Assembly (NCBI GenBank): GCA_025558095.1
Contig: JAIVFI010000041.1
Coordinates: 62,001 to 126,000, forward strand
DNA from: Hyaloraphidium curvatum SAG 235-1
Taxonomy: Eukaryota > Fungi > Monoblepharomycota
DNA: 64,000 bases
Direction of reading: 5' to 3'
Shown here one piece after another: positions 23,901 to 36,721 of the stretch. How positions within the stretch are numbered: the first letter of the stretch is position 1; every line of letters starts with the position of its first letter. The position numbers were made by a program, and so were the translations under genes. The notes under the pieces were generated by a model. That model had not been told where the DNA came from. It saw only the letters and a program-made list of their open reading frames with translations, and ran no database searches.

Positions 23901-24295
23901 GCCTGCCGGGCAACGACGATGCCGGCGCAATGTCTGCGTGGCTCATCTTTGCGCTTCTCGGCTTCTACCCCGTGGCTGGCCAGGACGTGTACCTTGTCGC
24001 GGCGCCGTTCTTCCGGGCGTCCGTGCTCCGATCGCGGGACGGAGACACGACCCGGGAGTTCAAGATCGCGGCGTACCGGCTTTCCGCCAGGAACCGCTAT
24101 GTCTCGAGTGCGCGTCTGAATGGCCGCAAGATCACCCGCAGCTGGTTCCGGCATTCGGAGATCTGGGGTCAGCGAGGGTCGGCGGGGGAAGGCGGGGACG
24201 GAAGGGCAACTGCGTTGCTGGAGCTCTGGATGACGGACCGTCCCACTGCATTCGGGACCCGGGACATCGACCTGCCGCCGAGCCTCCCCGACTGA
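20986..24295 (+). CDS. Glycoside hydrolase family 92 alpha-1,2-mannosidase, multi-exon
   Basis: VDPMIGT, HGMVKL, HVSGTGG, FYSALYR, LWDIFRT, TQLGSNGD, RTLEYSYND, NEPSF, PGNDDAGAMSAW. Confidence 0.93.
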
Positions 24296-24401
24296 TGTAG
24301 CGGCAATGTGTATGAGTGTTCCGCCTACATAACAAAATGACAATCGGACCACCAGCTCAATTCTGTCTAATGTACAGCGGCCCCAAGACGCAGAAAGAGA
24401 A

Positions 24402-25662
<1,261 letters not shown>

Positions 25663-26203
25663 GTCTTGCGAGGCAGTGCCGCGATGCGGGCGCAGTGCGG
25701 ACGCGGTCACCTGGCACACCCGTCGACCCCGTTCGCCGCTTCACCATACTGTACACTCCGAAACCCAACACGCGCTTCGCCATCCTAATTCTTTCCCTGA
25801 CCCTCTGGTAGCTTAAGCCTCCGTCTAATCCTTTCCAGCCCAAAACCCCCCTACGGTGTAGATTGGACACCAAATGGACAACGATCGGAGGCGTGCCCGG
25901 CCGAGTCCAAACGTAAAGCGATTTTGCAGCCTGCCATTACTCCATTGCTTGTTCCTGTAAGTTCCTGTAACTCAAGATATATATCGCACTCCTGGTGGTG
26001 GGCGGGGCCTCATCCTGCGTGGCGATCGGTTTCGCTGTGCACGTCGCCGAGTCAGCTCATCTGCTTACGACACACCACCATTGGCGTTGGGGCGACAGTC
26101 CGCATTGTAGCGGCAGTTGGCCCGTAGGGAGCCGAGCGAGCCTCGCGGGCCGGTCCCGCCATCGGGGCACGTCCCTTCTCCCTCCCCGTCGCCTCTGCCG
26201 GAC

Positions 26204-28733
<2,530 letters not shown>

Positions 28734-28954
28734 GCTCAGAGCAGTGATTTGTATAGGAATTGATGTTTGCCATTGTCCTGAACGCTCTACGTGTGATGGG
28801 AGACGAAGAAGAGACGCCACAGACGCCACAGAGCTCAACAAGCAATCAACGCGTCAAGTTCCCTCCTGCCTTCTCCCTCTCCTCCCTCCGCCTCTCAAAT
28901 CCGAAATCCTCGTCTGCGCCTTCCCCCGCAGACCTTCCCTTCCTTTCGGGCCGG

Positions 28955-30379
28955 ATGTCCGCGGCTCAGTCGAATCTCGCGCGCTTGACGGGGATTGACG
29001 TTGCCGGGGACTTCAACTCTACGGCCGCTGAAGCGACCAAGCCCAGCGATGCGGGCCCTTCCGAGGCTGCTGAGCAGAAGAAGAGCCGCCGCGAGCCATG
29101 GGAGGACGAGACCCTCACCCTTCGGATGTTGGTGACACACCCGACTGCGGCGGGCGCCATCATCGGCAAGGCCGGCGGTGTCATCTCGTCGGTCCGGGAC
29201 GACTGTGGGGTGAAGGCGGGAGTGAGCAAGGCGATCCCGGGGGTTGTGGATCGCATTCTCACCGTGTCGGGCCACGTCGACGGGGTGGCCAAGGTACGCG
29301 TGCTCCGAAGGTCGCTCATTCGCCGCCCACCTGACGTCGAAACAAAGGCTTACGGTATCTTCGCGGCCAATCTTCTTGAGAATCAGAACCAGCTGGCGGA
29401 CCAAAACGGCGAGGCCCACACCAACACGGTCACCATGCGGTTGCTCGTGGGGCACTCTCTCATGGGATCTGTCATAGGTTCGCATCGAAGCGACTGAGGG
29501 ATGGTCAGGCAGTGTCCTGAGTCCCACCTGTTGTTGCAGGCAAGGGGGGTTCAAAGATCAAGGAGATTCAGGAGAAGTCCGGGGCGAGACTTGTGGCTGG
29601 GAAGGACATGCTTCCTCAATCCACGGAGAGGTTTGGGCCGGTGAATGTTCTTCCTCTTTTGGAGCTCATGTCTTTGGCAGGACAATCGACGTCACGGGAT
29701 CTCCTTCCCCTCAGATTCCCGCTGCCGTGAAGCTCATCCTTCAGGTGAGCAGCACCATTGCAATCGCGGGACACAGCTCATTCTCTTTCGACACAGGCCA
29801 TTCTCGACGATCTGCGGCGTGGTGGGCGAGAGAGATGGATGGTCGTGCAAGGCGGGCTCGTCCTCTACCAACCGGGTGGCCGCGCATCTTTGCCCGGCGA
29901 AGGCCGGACGGAACGTCGTGACTCAGGGGGCGTCAGCGGTGGGCAAGCCGGCAACGAAGGTCGCCGCAGGAGTGACTACGCGGACCGGGACCGGCGGGCT
30001 GCCAACGAGGGCCAGCAGTCTCGCTCACAGGGGGGGAAGGCATCGGAGGTCGATGTGGACGCCGATGAGCAGGTGCAGACCCTCACTGTTCCTAGCGATC
30101 TCGTGGGCTGCATCATAGGACGGGGTGCGCGGATCGCTGTGCCAGCATAGCCGATTCTCACACGTTGCTTTAGGTGGGGTCCAGATTGCCGGCATCAGGC
30201 GTGAGTCACAGGCACGCATTACCATCTCGCGAGAGCCTGTGGGGAGCGCACGTGAGCGCCTTTTCACGATCTCGGGAACCGCTGCGGCCAACACCAAGGC
30301 ATTGGAGCTGATTTACAAGGTGCTGGAGAGCGAAAAGGGGCGCCGGGAGCAGGAGGCCCAAGGTGCCGCCGAGATGTGA
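28955..30379 (+). CDS. Triple KH-domain RNA-binding protein (PBP2/HEK2/Rnc1-like), multi-exon
   Basis: GAIIGKAG, GSVIG|KGGSKIKEIQ, VGCIIGRG|GVQIAGIRRES, ERLFTISGT. Confidence 0.9.
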
Positions 30380-30643
30380 TGATCTGTTTTGCATGCGCCA
30401 TTACACTGCAAAGCACTGGAAATCATTGCCTGCCAGGACCCAGGCCTTTGTGGCCATCACGTCCCGATCATGGCCCACGGCTGGGCACGGTGATGAGCAG
30501 GTAGAGCAGCAGGGGAGGATTGTCAGCCTGCTTGCTGACTCTGTCCTTTGCAGATGCAGCACAACTTGATCGCAAAGTTGGTGAAGGATATCAAGGTCCA
30601 GCTGAATTTTATCTGTCTGCATATGTCAGTGCTTATTGGCTGC

Positions 30644-30841
30644 CTTGAGCTAGAGGTCAGGACTCATCCCAGGCTGCTCCCTGATGTTGCTGAGCCAGAG
30701 TCCGTAGGCAGCGTTCATCTTTGCCTCCCTGCCATGCACGCATATGCCATGCACGTGATCCTTGCTCCGTCCGGGTTTAGTCCGGTTGATGTGAGCTGGT
30801 ACCCCAGAAGCTTGAAGCTGTCGACCCTCTTCAGCTCCTGG
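30644..30841 (-). mobile_element. Old LINE RT fragment next to the copia LTR (mirror at ~45892-46089)
   Basis: Matches 34878-35049 (QELKRVDSFKLLGYQLTSTG...REQPGMSPDL) with a stop codon and small duplications. Confidence 0.85.
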
Positions 30842-32195
30842 CATGGCCCCTGTACAGTGTTGTAATGGACAACTGGTCCGGCCTCCAGCCGGAGTGGACG
30901 GAAGGATGCGTGACCCCTGTGTGTGGGGAATTCCGTCACGTTGTGATTGGAGTTGGGGCCGCTTCTCTAAGTTGCTGCCAGCCTAACAACCTCGTCACAA
31001 CACTCCCCCCGAAGCGGGACCAACTCCTCCCCCCAACCTCTTTAGAGGTTTGAGCACCAAGCAGCGTGGCAAACCTGACCAAATCCACTGCTGCTGTTGT
31101 CTTTGTCCAGAGCGCCGCGGTTTTGCACATCGGGCACAACACTCTATAGTGCAGTCCGTTCATCCCCGTGCATACTCCCCCTGCGGCAAGAACATGGTGG
31201 TATCCAGAACTCCCAGATCTGTTTGCTCTTTCGGCTGAGCCTTTGTCATGATGTCCGCAAGTTGTTTCCCGGATTCAATGTCCTGAACCAAGATTGTTCG
31301 AAGTTCCTGTTGTTGTCGAGTCAAATGGTATCGAATTGCAATGTGTTTGGTGTGCTCATGGTGAACAGGCAGGATTGTAAACCAAGTCCTGTGCCGAAGC
31401 ATTGTCTTCGTGGATGATGGTGGGGCCTGGCATCGGAAACCCCAGTCTTCAAAAGGGGTGCGCAAGTACATCACATCTCTCGTGGCTTGTGCCAGGGCAA
31501 TGTACTCTGCTTTGGTAGTGGATTGAGCCACAAGGCTTTGGAGTTTTGACTTGAAGGAGAGCGGAGCTCCACATGCCATGATGACAACGTCTGTGGTGGC
31601 ATGGATCTGGCAGTGTCCAGATCACCTGCAAAACCCGCATCTGCAAAAGCTTCCAGCACCAATGGTTTGTTGCCATCAAACACGAGTCCAAATGCCCGGG
31701 TCTGACTCAAGTATGTAGCGCAGGATTCTCTTGAGAGCCGCAATGTGCTCCTTTCCATAGTTCTGCAGGTACCTGCTGAGGTAGATGACAGCATATGCCA
31801 TGTCAGGCCTGGTGCAAAGAGCTAGGAAAAGCAAGAAGCCAATGCATCCAGAGTAGCATAGTTGAACGATGCCATGACCTCCGGATCTGCAATGTCTGGC
31901 TTCCTAAATCCCTCGGAAGGGAGCAATGGTGACGGAGCATCCTTCAAAGAAATGGGAGTGGCAAACTTCTGGTTCTAGGTGAGATCGCCGGCAGCAAACT
32001 GCACTGCTTGCGTGGTGTTGGTAATGTACTTCTCCAGAATCCTCTCTGCAAAGACTGTTTGCCTCAAGATGATTCTTTTGTTGGGTCTGCCACGGATGAC
32101 TTCCACACCGTCGTAGAGCTGCACTTCACCAAGAAAGCGTGATAAATATCCGGTCCTCAATCAATGCAATGCACTCTCTGACGAATTCTGGTGGG

Positions 32196-32414
32196 TAGAT
32201 AGAAATAGAATAGTATTGGTGACCCGGACCTGCCCCTGGCTTGGCCGCTGTTACACCATGGAGTTTGCTGCTAATTGCAAAGTTCATCGTCGTCGTGTGT
32301 CTTTTTCATTTTCCCAGTTTTCCTTTCCTTCATGGACTTTGAGATGAAGCTGGCAATGGAGTTGAGGGCCTTCTCCTTCTGCCGCCTCGCTTTGATTGTG
32401 GGCTCGAACTCCTT
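32196..32414 (-). mobile_element. 5'-truncated LINE copy (~220 bp) inside copia RT (mirror at ~44322-44540)
   Basis: Diverged copy of 33870-34098 including the stem-loop and TTCTA-type tail. Confidence 0.85.
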
Positions 32415-33209
32415 GGGTGTCCCGTGCTACACACATCCGTCCATGGTCACAAGAAGGATTGCAATCTCTCCTGACTCGCCCTTGCTGATGCGTGCGTACA
32501 TGTTGGGGTCCGTTTTGCAGTTGTGAAAGCCGTCCTCCTTCATGTTGCGCTTCAGCTCACGCTTGGCTGCCTGTTTGAGGCCATAGACCCCCCGCGCGCT
32601 TCAGTTTGAGAACGGGGTCCTTGAGAGACAAGTCCGTCCTTTGCTATTATTGGTAAGTCTCGTGTATCTCAACGTAGAGGTCCTCCTCTTCTGCATGGGA
32701 ATTCAAGAACGCGTTCTTGATGTCCAAATGGTAAAGGGGCCAGTCCATGTGTGCAGCTATGGTACACTGTGATCTGAAGGCTGCATGGGTTGGCATGGCT
32801 GCAAAAGTCTCCCCGTAGGTCCCAGGAGCCTGGCGGTTGTGTTGCCATCAACCACGTGACGTGCCTTGAACCGGTACCGTTTGGTGAGGTCTGGTTGAGT
32901 TTGAGGTCGAACACGTAGTGGGATTTGAGAATTCAGTCCTCCTTGCCACGGGGTCTTTCAACCTCTTCCCAGACTTCTTTGTCATTGAAAGCACCATCCT
33001 CCATTTTAAAAGCCTAATTCCACTTTTCCCATTCTGGCAAAAGCTTTGCCTCGCAATTGATCTTGCTTGGGATTCGAAGCCCATCAATCACGTGCATTGG
33101 CATTCCAAAACCTCCTTGGCTCCCAAATAAACTGTAAAGTCCGTGTGCACTAGTCCATGGATTCCTGCCCTGATTGTAGCTTGCAGTTGTGGGGCTTTCC
33201 ACCATTCCT

Positions 33210-33300
33210 AACTTTGCAATTAGCAGCAAACTCATGGTGTAACAGCGGCCAAGCCAGGGGCAGGTCCGGGTCACCAATACTATTCTTCTTCTATTCTATT
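33210..33300 (+). mobile_element. Tail-only (~90 bp) LINE insertion, antisense to copia (mirror at ~40794-40883)
   Basis: ACTTTGCAATTAGCAGC...GGGTCACCAATACTATTCTTCTTCTATTCTATT matches the LINE 3' end. Confidence 0.85.
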
Positions 33301-34457
33301 CCCGGGGAGGCTGCTGTGCCCGAGAGGAATGACACACAGGACGATGACCACGATGACCATGGTGCTGTCCATTCTGCTCTTGCTGTTCTTGCTGCTCAAG
33401 CTGTGGAAGATTTTGCAGGTCTTGCTGCTGATAAAGATCTAGTGGCTCTTGTTCCTCCTCCTCCTGAGGCACTAGATCATCCGTTTGGATGACATCAAGT
33501 AGATTGAACGTTGAAAGAGGCGGCCTTGCCGTGCTGTCGACAGCTTCCTTGCGAGGAAGTGGGTGTAAGGAATGTTAGGAAAGGGTTCTGAGCGCTCATT
33601 TGGCACTATGGTTCGGACCGCTATGACTTTTCCTGAATCAATCAAACGAACCATGTGCATGCCCTTTTGTGTTTTGGAGCTCTCCCCAAGTAGATTGCTC
33701 GCGCAGCACATGGTGCCAAGGTAGTGAGTTCTCTGTCTCGCACTTGGGCCCAGCATTCCATTCCGAATGTATAGAAGTCTTCGACTTTTGTAATTTCTCC
33801 ACTCCACAAAGTCAAAGGAACGGCGTTCTTTCTCCATGATTTGGTGGTTGGCACACAGTTGAGGACGTGAATAGAATAGAATAGAACAGAATAGTATTGG
33901 TGACCCGGACCTGCCCCTGGCTTGGCCGCTGTTACACCATGAGTTTGCTGCTAATTGCAAAGTTCATCGTCGTCGTGTCTCTTTTTCTTTTTCCCAGTTT
34001 ACCTGTCCTTCATGGACTTTGAGATGAAGCTGGCAATGGAGTTGAGGGCCTTCTCCTTCTGCCGCCTCGCTTTGATCGTGGGCTCGAACGAACTCCTTGA
34101 TGCTAAGAGCCCAGAGCCAGGTCTCCATCCACTCGCGGCCTACTGCTTCCAATCTAGTCTGCAGCTTCTGGCGCCGCTCCGCATTTGCTGAACAGTGAAA
34201 CAGAAAGTGCTGTTCGTCTCCAATGTGCTCAGGGTCATGCTTGCACGTTCTCTGCTGCACCTCAAGTCCTTGGTGCCTGCCTGTCTCCACCTCCAGGTCG
34301 TGGGTAGAGCACAACAACTTTTGGACATTCCTCCGGTGCTTCTCCACCCGGATCAGGGATGGTCCGATGTGGCCAAAGGTCATGTCACACATCCTCCAAA
34401 AGTGCAGTTTGTCGTTGTCCTTGAGCCTCTGGGCATTGATCTCCCTGAACTTGCCCT

Positions 34458-36359
34458 TCACAAGATTCTCCACAGTCTCCTTGGGCCATGAGAAAGTGTC
34501 CTCTCCCACATCTCCCTCCCATCTTCGCCGCCATAGTATACAAGTAGTTCCCTCAGGAAGGCAGCCCAGTTCCAGGACCCCTTCAGTGCCTCGATCTTGA
34601 GCTCTTTGTAAAGTAGGTACAGCGCAGGATCCGCTGTTTTGATGCGCATGAGGAACTTGAGTGCCGACTCGTGGTCATGAGCTGCAAGGGGGTACTGGCC
34701 AGTGATCGCATACAGACAGGCCAGGGAGGTAGACTTGGGCAGATGAGTGACGGCACGAAGAGCCATGCATGTCACTTTGTCCCTGGTGCTTTCCCCGGCA
34801 AGGTACTCCTCCTTCGGCATCTCAACAATGAACGGGTTCCCATATTGGCCCACTGCCTTGACCTTTGTGTTGTAGAGCTTGAGCTGGAGGTCAGGACTCA
34901 TCCCAGGCTGCTCCCTGATGTCACGGAGCCAGAGCCCATAAGCAGCGTTCATCTTGGCCTCTCTGCCATGCACATGGTCCTTGCTCCGGCCGGTTGAGGT
35001 CAGCTGATACCCCAGAAGCTTGAAGCTGTCAACCCTCTTCAGCTCCTGGTCCGTGTACATGAGCTTTACACGGTGAGGTATCCTCCTGGCCATCCACTCT
35101 GTCTTGCTGACGTTGATCTCCAGCCCATTGGCACTGGCATATCCAGACAGAAGATCCAGCTGCATCTTGGCATCCTTCACCGTCTTCGAGATCAAAGTGG
35201 TGTCGTCTGCGAAGAACAGAGCTAGCAAGCTGACCATCCTCTCCTGATCCTCTTCCTCCTCAGACACCATGCCCAGATCCATCCCTTTTGCACCATTGGC
35301 CTCCATGAAAGCAGTGATGTCGTTGATGAACAAGATGAAGAACAGCGACGAGAGAGGGTCCCCCTGCTTCACTCCGGTCAGGAACTTGATGAAGTCTGAC
35401 TTGGTCCCGTCTTCATCCCGGAGCCGTCCCCACACGCGCCCGAACGCCATCTCGAACATGTCAACAACCTGTTTGGGTACACCCATCTCCTCCAGTTTCT
35501 GCCATAACCTGGGGCGCTCCACCGTGTCAAAAGCCTTTGTGAAATCTACAAAGACCATGATCAGCTTCTCCTTGCGTGCCTTGGCCAGGGAGAAGAGTGC
35601 CTCGGCAAGGAACACTGCATGAAGGGTCGATCTCCGTGCACAGAATCCAAACTGCGAGCCTTCCAGCAGCTTGTTGCACTCAGCCCAGGGAGCTAGCCGA
35701 GCGTTCCAGACCAGGGAGAAGACCTTCTCCAGTGTTCTCTCTATGCTGATGCCCCGGTAGCTGCCAGCCACGTTCTTGGGCCCCTTCTTGTGCAGCATCA
35801 CCAGCAGTGTCTGGCCCCAGTCTTGCATGTCAACCCCATTGAACACGTCATTGAGCAGATAGACAACAGCTCCATTGAGCACGTCGTTGAGCAGATCGAC
35901 AACAGCTTGCTTCAGCACAGTGGTCCCGTACTTGACAAATTTGAGCCTGATCCCATCCTCATCCGCTGCCCTGCCGTTAGGAGCCTTCTTCAGGACCTTC
36001 TTCACGAGCTCCTTGAGGGTGATGGGGCGCAGCAGGTTCCCAGGAGGCGTGATCGTCGCCTTGGGAAGCGGTGGGAATGTGAGCCTGGGGTCTTCCTCGA
36101 TCTTGGTCACGTACTCGGCACTGGCAACCATCTCCATGTGGCATACGAGCTCCGCAAAGGGCACGGGGTTGCCCTTCCGCCTCGCATAAGTCTTTCCAAG
36201 CAGTTGGTAAAATCCCTTATTAGGCTCTTGCCTGAAGAGTCGTTCCAGCAGCTCAGAGTTCTTGTGCTCCACGATATTCCGCATCTTCTTCTCCAGCTTC
36301 TTCCTCTCCTTCTCCAGCTCTCGTGCCTTCCCTTGGTATTCCTTCTTTGATTCTTCCAC
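34458..36359 (-). CDS. LINE reverse transcriptase domain
   Basis: KKGPKNVAGSYRGIS, QFGF, FVDFTKAFDTV, GVKQGDPLS, FFADD, LEINVSKT, FKLLG. Confidence 0.92.
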   Translation of the reverse strand: MEESKKEYQGKARELEKERKKLEKKMRNIVEHKNSELLERLFRQEPNKGFYQLLGKTYARRKGNPVPFAELVCHMEMVASAEYVTKIEEDPRLTFPPLPKATITPPGNLLRPITLKELVKKVLKKAPNGRAADEDGIRLKFVKYGTTVLKQAVVDLLNDVLNGAVVYLLNDVFNGVDMQDWGQTLLVMLHKKGPKNVAGSYRGISIERTLEKVFSLVWNARLAPWAECNKLLEGSQFGFCARRSTLHAVFLAEALFSLAKARKEKLIMVFVDFTKAFDTVERPRLWQKLEEMGVPKQVVDMFEMAFGRVWGRLRDEDGTKSDFIKFLTGVKQGDPLSSLFFILFINDITAFMEANGAKGMDLGMVSEEEEDQERMVSLLALFFADDTTLISKTVKDAKMQLDLLSGYASANGLEINVSKTEWMARRIPHRVKLMYTDQELKRVDSFKLLGYQLTSTGRSKDHVHGREAKMNAAYGLWLRDIREQPGMSPDLQLKLYNTKVKAVGQYGNPFIVEMPKEEYLAGESTRDKVTCMALRAVTHLPKSTSLACLYAITGQYPLAAHDHESALKFLMRIKTADPALYLLYKELKIEALKGSWNWAAFLRELLVYYGGEDGREMWERTLSHGPRRLWRIL

Positions 36360-36721
36360 TCCTCCTTCTCCATGAGGGATCGCAGCTCAAGAAGGCGTGA
36401 CAGCTTGCGGTCGATCTCGGTCCTCTCCGCCCTTCGAATCCGCAAAGCCGTTCAGGAACTTATCAGCCTCGCTCATGCACGCTGACCTTGTCGTACTTCC
36501 TTTTTGCCACCTTGTTCACCGCCGCCATGATCTGTATCAGCTGATTGCAATTGTCTGAGCCAGCCTCCATCTGCTCGTACTCCTGCATGGACTCTTTCAC
36601 CCACGCCTTGTCCCAGAGATTTCGCATGATCGCGAGGACGTGGAAGTTGCAGGGCACGTGTTTGCCACGCAATTTGTTCTCCTTCACAGTCGCTCGCTTG
36701 ACGTCGGCCTGGGGGGTATGG

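Larger units (their letters stand above)
30858..33869 (-). mobile_element. Degenerate Ty1/copia LTR retrotransposon, 3' half (IN C-terminus/SH3, RT, RNase H, PPT, 3' LTR 30858-31002)
   Basis: SFKSKLQSLVAQSTTKAEYIAL, TKHIAIRYH, QLADIMTK, CTRPDMAYAV, FGMECWAQV..RAIYLG; PPT TTCGGGGGGAG followed by a 145-bp TGTTG...CAACA LTR. Confidence 0.9.
29872..34597. repeat. Left arm (~4.7 kb) of a giant inverted repeat
   Basis: Reverse complement of 39503-41177 plus 43812-46861; mirrored ORF pairs in the track; only scattered substitutions and small indels seen. Confidence 0.97.

Noticed and set aside
33890-33945. Twister, HDV or hammerhead ribozyme in the LINE tail
   Set aside because: UAACAGCGGCC superficially recalls twister, but the required elements are missing or out of order; a simple nested stem-loop explains it
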